A DNA stretch of 63,830 bases, counting the filler, from Octopus bimaculoides (lineage: Eukaryota): NCBI RefSeq assembly GCF_001194135.2. It is 6 parts of 6 records of this genome, joined end to end, with 100 filler letters (N's around TTAATTAATTAA, not from the genome) between each part and the next. Parts side by side here need not be neighbours in the genome. Positions count along the whole stretch, not along the records: positions 1 to 28,111 come from NC_069001.1; 5 more parts are not named here. One strand, 5' to 3'. Both the position numbers and the translations under genes were made by a program. The stretch's first letter is position 1; each line of letters opens with the position of its first letter. Below the pieces are notes generated by a model. The model saw only the letters and a list, made by a program, of their open reading frames with translations, had not been told where the DNA came from and searched no databases. Positions 1-12,149 of the stretch are shown here, in pieces.

Positions 1-121
1 ATACATATGCATGCATCTAGACATGAAAATATATACATAAAAACGCATCCATAAAACAAACATACAAATCTGCGCATACACTAACACCAAATACTGCACA
101 CACACACATATGCACAAATAC

Positions 122-187
122 CTAGATGGTGTTGATAAAAGTTCCAATGAAGGAGTCTTGAATCTATGTTAGAGTCCGGCTCTTTCT
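122..187 (-). CDS. Candidate internal exon B of an unidentified minus-strand host gene (E-KEPDSNIDSRLLHWNFYQHHL)
   Basis: Pyrimidine-rich acceptor (ttcttgttcatag), 66 nt open, donor G|GTATTT. The phase-1 start matches the phase-1 end of exon 316-445 (G+AG=GAG). Product not recognised. Confidence 0.55.
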
Positions 188-315
188 CTATGAACAAGAA
201 ATACAGAAATGAAACTGATTGATAACATACATACTGCACACACGCACACGCACACACGCACACGCACACGCACACGCACACGCACACACGCACACATACA
301 CAAACACGCACAAAC

Positions 316-445
316 CGGGAATTTGAAAGATCATTATATCCTTGTAAAAGGCTGTTGCTTCATCTTGTAGCTCTTCAGATGGAGCGAACATCTTATGAGC
401 AGGTACAATTACTGATTCACTATGGGTATGATAGGTTGTGGAGAT
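316..445 (-). CDS. Candidate internal exon A of the same gene (ISTTYHTHSESVIVPAHKMFAPSEELQDEATAFYKDIMIFQIP)
   Basis: Acceptor ccattttccag, 130 nt = 43 codons + 1, donor G|GTTTGT. The 128-nt intron (188-315) contains a CA/TG repeat and the frame joins exon B without a stop. Confidence 0.55.
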
Positions 446-1801
446 CTGGAAAATGGTAGGTGCATGTGCGTTGTAATGCGCATGACTGTTATGCGCGTGA
501 CTGGTGTGGGTGTGTGGCGATGTGGTCGGTGGTATGGAGTTTTTTTGGTAAATGTTTCGGTAAAACAAGGAGAGTAAAAGCCAGTTAACGGAATGCAAAT
601 GAATGTTGGGAGGTCGTGCGGTTGCGATCAGTAACTGATTTCACACATGGGTAGACACGTATTTAATTTTATATGTGGAAATATGAACAACTACGGCGAT
701 GAAAGTAAATTAATATAGCTAATTGTTCATACTTAAATTACAGCGACTGTGGGGATGCGTTTCGGTGAGATTAACTACTTAATTAATTTGTGAATGAGGG
801 CAGTTGTATGGCTATTGATGGATGCAGTGGGGTTTTGCTGTTCGGTCGTGNNNNNNNNNNNNNNNNNNNNNNNNNNNNNNNNNNNNNNNNNNNNNNNNNN
901 NNNNNNNNNNNNNNNNNNNNNNNNNNNNNNNNNNNNNNNNNNNNNNNNNNNNNNNNNNNNNNNNNNNNNNNNNNNNNNNNNNNNNNNNNNNNNNNNNNNN
1001 NNNNNNNNNNNNNNNNNNNNNNNNNNNNNNNNNNNNNNNNNNNNNNNNNNNNNNNNNNNNNNNNNNNNNNNNNNNNNNNNNNNNNNNNNNNNNNNNNNNN
1101 NNNNNNNNNNNNNNNNNNNNNNNNNNNNNNNNNNNNNNNNNNNNNNNNNNNNNNNNNNNNNNNNNNNNNNNNNNNNNNNNNNNNNNNNNNNNNNNNNNNN
1201 NNNNNNNNNNNNNNNNNNNNNNNNNNNNNNNNNNNNNNNNNNNNNNNNNNNNNNNNNNNNNNNNNNNNNNNNNNNNNNNNNNNNNNNNNNNNNNNNNNNN
1301 NNNNNNNNNNNNNNNNNNNNNNNNNNNNNNNNNNNNNNNNNNNNNNNNNNNNNNNNNNNNNNNNNNNNNNNNNNNNNNNNNNNNNNNNNNNNNNNNNNNN
1401 NNNNNNNNNNNNNNNNNNNNNNNNNNNNNNNNNNNNNNNNNNNNNNNNNNNNNNNNNNNNNNNNNNNNNNNNNNNNNNNNNNNNNNNNNNNNNNNNNNNN
1501 NNNNNNNNNNNNNNNNNNNNNNNNNNNNNNNNNNNNNNNNNNNNNNNNNNNNNNNNNNNNNNNNNNNNNNNNNNNNNNNNNNNNNNNNNNNNNNNNNNNN
1601 NNNNNNNNNNNNNNNNNNNNNNNNNNNNNNNNNNNNNNNNNNNNNNNNNNNNNNNNNNNNNNNNNNNNNNNNNNNNNNNNNNNNNNNNNNNNNNNNNNNN
1701 NNNNNNNNNNNNNNNNNNNNNNNNNNNNNNNNNNNNNNNNNNNNNNNNNNNNNNNNNNNNNNNNNNNNNNNNNNNNNNNNNNNNNNNNNNNNNNNNNNNN
1801 N

Positions 1802-1832
<31 letters not shown>

Positions 1833-2177
1833 TAGATATATAGAGATATATATACTGGTAAGGGCAGTATTTCGTTTTGCTACCATCATATATAGTACGA
1901 AGTATATTGCAGGTTTACAAGTCAATATTGTGTTTTCTCTTGTGTTAGCAATGCAGTGAGTTCACTTTTAAGTTTATCTCTATAAATTTCCATAAAATTC
2001 GGAACCAGCACTGTAAATTACAACGTTTCGTAATCGAATATGTCTAAGGTAAACTTAAAAGTCAGTAATAAACGTGTGTGTATGTGTGTGTTTGTGTGAA
2101 TAATATGGTTTATAAACAAGTACAATTTTGAAGGCACCTGTTTTCGTTGCTGATCAAGTTCAAGAAAATCGATTTAC

Positions 2178-2441
2178 CTATTGGACCGGTAGGTCCAGCT
2201 GATTCTTCGAATTCCAGTACATGCGAAACAACACAGCCACTCCGCTCAATTTAGGTCGACTGAAAGGTTTATACACGTCGGATGAGATGTGTGCCTCGGA
2301 TGTTCTGGAAAGCTTGTGTTCTAGAAATTTCTGTTTCGCTAATGGCTGCTTGTCTAAATCTAGTGATTCGTTGTTATTAAGCAAGGGACCTAGATTCCAA
2401 ATTCTCTCCGCACTACGCAGATTAATATTACTAACGCTCAA
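2178..2441 (-). CDS. Candidate coding exon (LSVSNINLRSAERIWNLGPLL...NQLDLPVQ*), product unknown
   Basis: Strong acceptor gttctctcctccag followed by 87 open codons to TAG. Non-repetitive composition, no recognised homology. Confidence 0.3.
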   Translation of the reverse strand: MSVSNINLRSAERIWNLGPLLNNNESLDLDKQPLAKQKFLEHKLSRTSEAHISSDVYKPFSRPKLSGVAVLFRMYWNSKNQLDLPVQ

Positions 2442-2479
2442 CTGGAGGAGAGAACAGCCAAGTCGTAAAAGACAGTGAT

Positions 2480-3163
2480 TGTTGTAGCAGCAGCAATAAG
2501 AACAATAGTGCACCTGAAGACTATGAAAGTAACGGTAGGCCTACTACCACTACCACCACCAACAACAACATCATTAAAGAAAAAGACAACAAAAAACGAA
2601 ACACGCAAGTCGACTCTTAACGATTTCGATTTTATGCAAGCTACAAAACAAGCGAAGACATATAAAAGAAAGTGAATTCAGAAGTGCTAAATATATGTTG
2701 GAGGTCTGTGGGAGAGGGGTGATTATATGTTTGTATACTAACAAGAAATTAATTTGGGACAGTCCTATATAAAACAATTGGATCCAAAGATAGGATAGTA
2801 GAGCAGGCAATACACCAGCAAACTGAAAAATGTTTAAGACCAGTTCAAAAGAGAAAAACAACATGTAGCCAACCGGAAGAAATATGGGGCTATCGAAATA
2901 AGGATCGCCTCAGAGAAGGAGGCCAAAAATTACCTATTTAGTAAGGAACTCATCCTTATCTCCATTTACCTTGGTTAGAATACTCAGCATATCACCAGAA
3001 ATAAAAATCTCTTCGAAATGAAAGAGAAAACAACGATTCTGCGAATACAGAAAATACAGAATCAGAACTGGCACGGACAGAGGATGCAGCTACTAATACA
3101 AACAGACTAGCAAGGCGTCAAGGCTATCCCAGGCTACATAAGCCTATCAAAAACCACTTTTCA
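2480..3163 (+). repeat. Putative 5' LTR (TG...CA)
   Basis: Begins TGTTGTAG, ends TTTTCA 4 nt before the PBS, and contains TATA-like and AATAAA motifs. The left boundary is inferred because no second LTR is available for comparison. Confidence 0.45.
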
Positions 3164-3167
3164 AAAG

Positions 3168-3179
3168 TGGCGACGAGGA
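3168..3179 (+). promoter_or_regulatory. Primer-binding site TGGCGACGAGGA, complementary to the 3' end of tRNA-Ser(GCU)
   Basis: Reverse complement of ...UCCUCGUCGCCA, located just upstream of gag. Confidence 0.8.
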
Positions 3180-6100
3180 AAAACAAATTTACGCGGAGTG
3201 GAAACAAAAACATTCACATGGAGAGTTTAAACTAATTCACGTGGAAAATGAAATAACTCGACAAAAATGAAACAAAAATCTTGTGCAAACTTATGAAAAT
3301 CGTAAAATATGGAAGACTTGTTAGCTGGAGTAGTTGAGTTGCAAAAACAGCAACAACAACTCAAGGAACAACGAGAACGACAAGAGTTGCAGCAGCAAAA
3401 GTTACAACTAATGAAGTTGATAACCAAACGGGAGAATACATTTTCACCTGACCATGTGGCAAATTCCATAAGTGAATTCAAATATGACCCTGAAGATGGA
3501 GTAACTTTCGAGGCTTACTTTCAAAGATTTGAATATATTTTTGAAAAGGAATGTCAGGATTGGACGGACGAAGTGAAAACGCGTCTCGCGACAGTAGAGC
3601 TTGAGAAGGATAGTAACTTCATATTGCTAAAAAAAAAAAAGAAAAAAAAAAAGAAAAAGCGTCCGACATGAATTTCACCGAAACAGTTGGCATTTTGTGC
3701 AAAATGTTTAGTGAAAAGCGCTCACTGTTTAATACAAAATGGAATAATTAAACATAGAAAAGAGTGAAGATGAAGTCAACAAAGAATGTAAGAGATTTAG
3801 GCTGGATATGCTTATTCCAAATCCTTTCAAGTGTTTGATTTTTGCACAAGGATTGACAGATAAAAGGGATGCAGAAATCCGAACGAAAATTCTAGCAAAA
3901 CTGGAAATGAACCAAGATTTGACATTGCAGAAACTGTCGGAAGAGTGTGACATGATATTAAAATTAAGCTATGACACGGAAGAAATTCAACAGGAAGAGT
4001 GTTTTCACATAAGATCAGAGCAAAAAAAGTCGGAAGACAAATAGAGTGTGGCAGGAAATACAGAAAAAATATCGGGATGTAGACCCTTGTACGGCATGTG
4101 GTGGGATGTACCTGAAAAAAGATTGTCCATATAAAAACCAAAGTGTTTTCGCTGTGGGTTTACAGGACATATAAAATCGCACTGCAGAACTAGAATGATA
4201 GGAAAATGGAACAAACGAGAAAAAATAAATAGTTTGTCTGCAGGAAAAATTGTGATTAAAACAAACAGAAAATTCGTGCATGTGAGAATTGAAACCACTA
4301 ATGTCAGAATGCAATTAGACACGGGAAGTGACGTCACAATAATAAATGAGAAAACATGAAAACAAATGGGTAAATCAAAATTATGTAGTCCAAACAAAAT
4401 AGCGTACGGTGTTACGGTAAGAAAATTATATTTCACGGGCGAACGCATCTCTAATATAATGATCAAAGGTCGAACCAAAAAAAATGAATGTTTATGTGTT
4501 GAAAAATCCATAAATTTACTTGGTACCGAATGTATGGAGAAATTTAATTTATGGATACACTCATAAACGTTTTATGCAATAACGTAAGCGGAGCAGTCAA
4601 ACGATCGAACGAGGTCGTTGAACTGAGATAACTAAAATGAAAGAAACTTATCCAAAAGATTTTCAGAAGGTTTCGGCTGTTGCATAAAAACAAAAGCAAG
4701 GATTGCTAACAAAGAAATTTCAACACCTATTTTCAGGCCCAAACGGAACGTACCTTTTGCGGCGGCAGACCAGGTGAATAAAGAACTAGAAAGGTTGGAA
4801 AACCTGAATATAATTGAAAAGATTGACCATGCAGACTCGGCAGCACTGGCGGTCTACGAAAATAAAAATAATAAGCTAAGTGTGTGCGCAGACTTCACGG
4901 CCGGATTAAACGACTGTTTCCTCACACATAATTACTCACTACCAAGCCCAGAAAAAGTATTTGCTAAACTAAACGGAGGGAAAATTTTCTCGAAGTACTT
5001 TTAAATTCAGTTTAAGGAAAATTATACACATCTACTAACAATCAACACGCACAGTGGATTGTACAAGTTCAAACGACTGCCGTTCGGAGTAAAAGTGACA
5101 CCCGCCATATTCCCACAAATAGTGGATGCGATGTTAGGTGATGGTGACTTCGCCATCGCATACCTCGATGACATTTTGATAAACAGCGAGTCTCGGGTGC
5201 AACACGTTGAACACAAAAAGTATTCGAGAGAATAAGTAAATACGGGCTAAAGCTGACAGAAGAAAATGCGAATTTTTGATGGAAAAAAAAATTAAATACC
5301 AAGGTCAAGTAATCGATGAAAGTGGACTCAGACCGGACCCATCAAGGGCGACGGCAATACGAAATATGCCCACCCTGACGAACGTGACAATGCTACAAGC
5401 ATTCTTAGGCTTGGTAAATTATTACCAAATGTATATCCCAAATATACATAAAGTAAAGCACCACTTAATAAATTACTTTAAAAAAATGCCGAATGGGTTT
5501 GGGCAGAGAAATGCAAGAAAGCATTTAACCAGTTAAAAGATGTGTTAACCTAAGACTTGTATCTTACGCATTTCGACTCAAAGTTAGAGATAATACGAGC
5601 TACAGATGCTAGTGAGTATGGGATAGGAGCCGTGATCCTACACAAGGATAACGATGGCAGGAGAAAACCATAACTCACACATCAAATACATTATAGCTGG
5701 CGGAAAAGAGCTATAGATAGGTTGAAAAAGAGGTGTTGGCTATAATAAAAAAGAGGCGTTGGCTACTATAAAAAGTTCTACAGGTTCATTCACAGCAGAT
5801 GTTTTTGGTTGCAAACGGACCATAGACCTCTAATAACGATATACAGATCCAAGAAAGGAATCACGACACATACAGCAAACAGACTGCAGCAGTGGGGTAC
5901 CATTTTATTAAACTTCGATTATAGAGTGGAATATCTACCTTCAAAAAGATCGGACGTGCTGATGGTCTGTCTAGATTAATTCTGAGAAATAACAAACCAT
6001 TGGAGGACACCGTAATAGCAGCGCTAAGAGCGGGAGCGGAAACAAAAACAGTGATGTGGAACATCGTGCGTAAACTACCAGTAACTTTGGAAGAAATAAA

Positions 6101-8575
6101 AAGAAATGCGAGAAATGACAAATTTATTAATGGGACAAAAAGAAAACTGTGATCGACAATAGGAAATAAAGAAAGGTCTGATGCAAAGAACCGCCAAGGT
6201 GTGAGCGTGTACTCTATATGTGATGGTGTACTAATGTACACTCAGAGGGTGGTCATACCACAGTCATTACAGAAGAGAATACTAAAAGAGTTCCATGTGG
6301 GACACCCAAGCATCTCTAGAATGAAAGTGCTGAAACGAAGTTTCGTATACTGGCCAAGCATGGACAAGGAAATTGAAAACCTGGTAAAAGGCTGCAGAGG
6401 ATGTGCACTGGCAGTGAAACTACCTACTACGAAATGTGTACCTTGGCAGGAATTGAAAATACTACGGTCCCGATTACATATCGATTTTGCAGGCCCGGTA
6501 AATGGATATTATTATTAAATAGTAGTGTTTATGTCATAAGAATTTCGAAACTTCGAAAGACGTCAAATAACTCGTTTTTAATAGTGGAACTCGAAGTAGA
6601 TACAGCTATAAATTATAACATGTTGAATATTGAGCTTAAAAAAACCCTTGAGATTTTTTATCTGGAGAGTTTGTTTTTTGTTGTTTTTAATTCAACACCC
6701 ACACGCTATTATTTATGGTTTTATATACTTCGAGTTCCACTGTTACATACAAATTATTATTATTGTTGTTGTTGATGTCGTGGTCAAAAGTGGTGATGCT
6801 GGTGGTGGCGGTGTTTCATTTGCTGTTAATTCTTTTCTGGGCCTTGAACCAAAAGAAATGTCTCGTTTCTAATAACGAAAGGGAGTCCCCACCTCACGTC
6901 CTCTCGGCCCTACTCCTGTCTCCACCTTCCTTCAATTCTCTCCTACCACTCCTCTCTTCTCCTCTCCTCCCTTCCTGAAATGAAGTAAGGCTGTTAATCC
7001 ACTCCGCTCTCACGACATCTCCCCCGTGCCGCACGCGACACCATTTGTGAATCTGACAATATTTTCAAAATAACTCAATAACAAAAAGTACCATCATCAT
7101 CACCACCATCACCATTATGAACGCGGATCTATTTCAAAACGGGGGCACCAGTATTTTCTTAACGAAACACTAACGAAACACTTTGAAACTTGGGACACTG
7201 GTAGAATGTGTCATATAAAACATCTTTTACTCTTAGTCTTCTTAACAAAAAAACGTACATCGCAAGTTATTCCATGTTAAAGTTGTCGTATTTCTGTAAT
7301 TTCAACCAATCACTGACGTCTATTCAGCTGAATAGAGTTACTGCTGGGCGGTCATAAAAATGTTATTCCCTGTGACATATTTCATCCGGTTTAATCGTAA
7401 TTTATACGCATATATTGTTTATATAATAAATTACGCTGTGCGTATCTATGTGTGTAACAATTTTAGAGTTCGGATTCTAGAGTTAAGGTTAGTTTTAGGN
7501 NNNNNNNNNNNNNNNNNNNNNNNNNNNNNNNNNNNNNNNNNNNNNNNNNNNNNNNNNNNNNNNNNNNNNNNNNNNNNNNNNNNNNNNNNNNNNNNNNNNN
7601 NNNNNNNNNNNNNNNNNNNNNNNNNNNNNNNNNNNNNNNNNNNNNNNNNNNNNNNNNNNNNNNNNNNNNNNNNNNNNNNNNNNNNNNNNNNNNNNNNNNN
7701 NNNNNNNNNNNNNNNNNNNNNNNNNNNNNNNNNNNNNNNNNNNNNNNNNNNNNNNNNNNNNNNNNNNNNNNNNNNNNNNNNNNNNNNNNNNNNNNNNNNN
7801 NNNNNNNNNNNNNNNNNNNNNCACCACCACCACCACCACCACCACCAGTACCGCCGCCGCCGCTGACACCATCTCTACCCACATCCCCACCTCCACCCCA
7901 AACAACAGCAGCAGCAACAATAACAACTCCGATAATAACACTTGCAACCGCCAACATCGTCAGCTTCTGTTAAACTGATTCATTTAACATCTACTTTCAC
8001 CTTATTAATGATTTCAACAGATATAAGGGGATATATTATCCATACATACATACATACATACATACATATCTGTGTGTATGTATGTTACGTAAATTATGAT
8101 ATGCGTGTGTACGACATTTACATTATTGGCAAGACAATTGACCCCTAAGTAAATAAACTAAATTAAGAGTGGTATGATAATATATTCGCCGATAAATATT
8201 TTCTAGACTAATCCCCGACTCAGCGGGGGCATCAGTGGGGACTCAGTGGGGGCATCTCCTCTACTTTATTCACCAGGAATATAGGAACAAATCCAACCAC
8301 ATGCACTTTTCTCTGATGTGAAAATAAACATGTTCTACAGTATATGAAGATTTGTTAACGCTTCACTAATGTAGTCGAATCCGTAACAAGAATAATGTCT
8401 TCGAGATAAATATTGTCTTTGGTTTTGTTCCATTGTTAACGTTTGCGTCCTATCTGAGGTAAAAATATAAAAATAAATAGGTAATAAATAGCTATTCTGA
8501 AAGGATAGAGGAAACAAAGGTATATAATGAAAAGTATAGTTTTCAAAGATGTTCTTTCCTACCGTCTCAGAAATC

Positions 8576-8577
<2 letters not shown>

Positions 8578-8643
<66 letters not shown>

Positions 8644-8685
8644 GTCATCATCATCATCATCATCCTCGTCACCATCATCATCAAC
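8578..8685. repeat. (ATC)n microsatellite
   Basis: Seen directly; explains the poly-I and poly-S ORFs. Confidence 0.95.
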
Positions 8686-8769
8686 TTCCGTGCATTGCTG
8701 TCTCGGCTCCTATGACTCATATGAGCCGGTTACTCAGTTTCACTGATGTATAATTGATCAACATCACAC

Positions 8770-8925
8770 CTCCCCCCCACTACCCGCTGAAGGATTACTC
8801 ATTTACAGCTGAGTGGACTGGAGCAACTTGGAAAGAAGTGTCTTGCTCAAGAACACAACGCACCGCGAGGTCCGTGACCTTGTGGTCGTCAGTGCAACAC
8901 TTTAACTGATAAGACACGAGCCTTT
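8770..8925 (-). mobile_element. tRNA-derived SINE head fragment
   Basis: The minus strand reads as a tRNA-like head followed by a ...ttgagcaagacac...gctccagtccactcagctg core. Degenerate. Confidence 0.5.
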
Positions 8926-8974
8926 AGTAAAAATACAATTTCAAAAGAAATTCCGTAGTTTCATGGCCCACTAA

Positions 8975-9312
8975 ATGTGAAATGGCAGCAACATATGACA
9001 AATGAATGCCTTTATGGAGACCAGCTGAAAGTTAACGAGAAGATCAAGCAAAGATAACTACGACTAACTGGTCACTGCGTGCGCTACCCTGCGTTGGAAG
9101 CATCAGTCTTGTGGGACCCACTTCATGGCGATGTAAGAAGAGGAAAATATCGTCACACTTATATCAAAAACTTGATGGCAGACACTGGGGTGGAAATGTA
9201 CCCAGGACCTAAAGGCAGTGATGATGGACCGAGAAGTGTAGCGCGTGGACCGGGTTGTGACTGCGGACCAGTTTGGAACCTGGCCATAATAATAATGATA
9301 ATAATAATAATG
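8975..9312 (+). mobile_element. RTE-clade LINE 3' end
   Basis: Translates as LYGDQLKVNEKIKQR*LRLTGHCVRYP...LWDPLHGDVRRGKYRHTYIKNLMADTG, a typical RTE C-terminus, and ends in an (ATA)n tail. Confidence 0.7.
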
Positions 9313-9778
9313 GTTCTTTATAAATTTACAATATTCTTTTGGATTTCAAAAGATAATAACCACAACAGAATTCTCTTGGATTTGAAAGTAACTGTACAAG
9401 CAAATATATCCTGGAATTGTTACAGTCATCATAGCTTTACGTAGTATGAGATTAAGCCGTGTTTACTACACCAGGGTGACCTCTCAGCTGGAGGTTAAGA
9501 TGTTATGGAGAATAGCAGCAAAATTTGTGTGATAGAAATGGAGGCAAAAAGCGATAGCTCCTCTATTAGTTGGTGAGAGAAAGAGGCGGGGCGCTTTGGT
9601 TTAATGGTTATTGCAGTCGAACGATACTTGGTAATTACGACGATCTTATCCACATTTTTTATCTGATGTTGGGCTTGGGAATGTCATGTCATTAAAACTA
9701 AACGATAGATTCATATAATATATAGTTTATATATAATGACACACGCACTCGCACATAAACACACACACTGGCACATAA

Positions 9779-9813
<35 letters not shown>

Positions 9814-10046
9814 CGAATATACATACATGCATAAGTTTACGCATACCCATATATACACGCACATACATGTGCACACACACACACACACATACATACGTAT
9901 GTGTGTGCTTGTTCTATATTTGTATGACGCTCATAGCCTTCATCCTGTTTCGATTCTAAAAGTCAAATCAGGATTCGACCGTGTTAATTTGTCACAAAAT
10001 AAACAAGAAAACACAGCCTCGTTCTCGGAAGGAACCAGTTATGCAT

Positions 10047-10081
<35 letters not shown>

Positions 10082-10139
10082 CACTATACACACGCACGCA
10101 GCACACACACATACACACACCCTCACACATATATACATA

Positions 10140-10147
10140 TCTCTCTC

Positions 10148-10190
<43 letters not shown>

Positions 10191-10216
10191 GTCTGTCTGT
10201 CTGTCTATCTACCTAC

Positions 10217-10290
<74 letters not shown>

Positions 10291-10310
10291 GCCTGTCTAT
10301 CTATCTGTCT
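10140..10310. repeat. (CTAT)n/(CTGT)n compound microsatellite
   Basis: Seen directly. Confidence 0.95.
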
Positions 10311-10721
10311 ATACACACACACACATATGCATATATGTATGTATACCATTATTGTATAGTGCACCCAAACGCCACGATACCGTTTATCTGATATACGCTA
10401 TTTGACACATCAATTAAACTTCCGTAACACCACATAACCCTGCAGCAGGAACGTTTGTTGTCGTTGATGTTGTTGCTGTTGTAAAGACGTTTGATTTTTT
10501 CCTCCACTTTTTGCTTTTATATTTATACATGAAGTAGTGGGGTGAGGATTAATGGTATTGGGGGTATTGATGATAACGTAAAGAGAGGGAAATTAGGCGG
10601 GATGGTAAGGGGTGGGGGTGAAAAACAATTTGAATTGAGTGAGAATGCCACTAGGTTATATGTATATATATATACATATATATACATACATACATATATA
10701 TTTATATATTCTTTTCTTTTT

Positions 10722-11010
10722 TCTTTTACTTGTTTCAGTCATTTAACTGCGGCCATGCTGGAGCACCGCCTTTAGTCGAACAAACCGACCCCAGAACTTA
10801 TTCTTTGTAAGCCTAGTACTTATTCTATCCGGTCTCTTTTGCCGAACGAAGACACAAACACATCAGCATCAGTTGTCACGCGGTGGTGGTGGTGGAGACA
10901 AACATAGACACACACACACACACATTATAAATAAACAAGAAAACACAGCCTCATTCTCGAAGGAATCAGTTATGCAAACACACACACGTATATACGATAC
11001 ACACACATAC

Positions 11011-11049
<39 letters not shown>

Positions 11050-11305
11050 CACACACACACACACACTCACACATATATACATATTTATCTATCAATGCAC
11101 GGAAGTTGATGATGATGATGATGATGATGATTTGATTCCTGAGACGGACTTCTTTCAGTTTCCGTCTACCAAATCCACTCACAAGGCTCTGGTCGGCCCG
11201 GGGCTATAGTAGAAGACACCTGCCCAAGGTGCTACGCAGTGAGAATGAACCCGGAGCCACGTGGTTGGGAAGCAAGCTTCTTTCCACACAGCCACGCCTA
11301 CGCCT
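10722..11305 (-). mobile_element. SINE family A, full copy (tRNA-like head + internal microsatellite + body + CR1-type tail)
   Basis: Head ggcgtagg...gctgtgtgg...gggttca; tail ggtgctccagcatggccgcag...tgaaacaagtaaaag. Other copies or pieces at 31658-32400(+), 36965-37190(+), 43445-43640(+), 44505-44670(-), 48189-48612(-), 55205-55245(+), 60275-60480(-), 61175-61375(-). Confidence 0.85.
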
Positions 11306-11379
11306 AGAATGAGGTTTTCTCCACGTGGTGAGTTGTAGTGAAGAAATAAAGAATAAATAAAGGAACATGCACACAATTT

Positions 11380-12045
11380 ATATATTTTTAATGTATTTTA
11401 AAGCATAGAATATTATGATAGTCGACCGGTTTCGCTAATCAGGATATTGAAATTGGTGAAAATATTGCAATTTTGTATTTTCGTAAGAAGTTTTTAGTTC
11501 ATGCTGTTTGTATGAAAGTTTGTTTGTAAATGAATCAGCAAGCAGAAAAGAAATTAAGGGAAGGTACTTGGTGATTGTTATTATTCGAGACAGAGTAGGT
11601 GAATGCACATGGAGAGGGTAAATTTATATAAACTCACGAGTTGAAGAAGTGACATAAAATACGCACAGTGTTTGTTTTGCGTTCATGATTTAAAATATCT
11701 AGAAACACCAAAATTGGTTATGCCTCCACATTCAGGTGAGGTTTGTATTTTTTAATAAATATATTTTCTTTATTTAATCGTTTTTGTATAGAAATTGTTT
11801 CCTTACACTGGTAGATGAGGAAAACTGTGAATTTTGGTTTGAGACCCCCTACACATCTCTCTATGTGGTCACTCAATGGCCTCTGTCTATACCTTAGGAA
11901 ATGGATCTGTTCCTTATGCAGTGTAGTTCTCCGTCTCAGTGACATCCTTTTTGGTCAATATAATTGTCTCCACACCCTGAACAAGTTAAAACATAAATTC
12001 AATTTTCGGATGCACAAGTGAAATTAGTCTTAATTATGAATCTCT
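11380..12045 (-). mobile_element. Penelope-like element 3' part: GIY-YIG endonuclease + 3' region with a hammerhead remnant
   Basis: FTCASEN..IYVLTCSGCGDNYI...MSLRRRTTLHKEQI...RLNKENIFIKKYKPHLN (frameshifted); same family as 44672-45545. Confidence 0.85.
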
Positions 12046-12149
12046 GTTCTTGTATGAAATGGAATACCGAACTCTGGGGCATGTTCCATAATTTGGACAT
12101 GCGCATTATTTAACTATTGGTTTCGTTGTTGTGTATAGCTTCGCATTTG

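Larger units (their letters stand above)
2480..6540 (+). mobile_element. Ty3/Gypsy LTR retrotransposon, Mag/K02A2.6-like, decayed and 3'-truncated in integrase
   Basis: gag-like FKYDPEDGVTFEAYFQRFE (3309-3671); CCHC knuckle CFRCGFTGHIKSHC (~4142-4185); protease MQLDTGSDVTI (~4309); RT with YLDD (~5160); RNase [12 protein letters not shown] (~5600); integrase zinc finger (HVGHP...CRGC) and RLHIDFAGP (6201-6518). Many stops and frameshifts. No 3' LTR. Confidence 0.93.

Noticed and set aside
783-1959. Long ORFs spanning N runs (also 7360-7957, 16845-17510, 24476-25361, 34240-35185, 37301-37976, 38797-39545)
   Set aside because: They are open only because N codons are not stops.
2018-2052. Hammerhead-like UUAC...GAAAC-GUU-GUAA on the minus strand (similar traces near 9940-9985, 42385-42420, 43835-43870)
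   Set aside because: Core and helix II are too degraded to distinguish from chance; at most old PLE remnants.
7470-7499. TTAGG-like words next to a gap, a possible telomere
   Set aside because: Only degenerate units (gttaaggttagttttagg) are visible, at the end of an interspersed repeat; no array can be shown.
9698-10405. HT-, CV-, IY- and LSIY-repeat ORFs throughout the window
   Set aside because: Translations of CA, TA and CTAT microsatellites.
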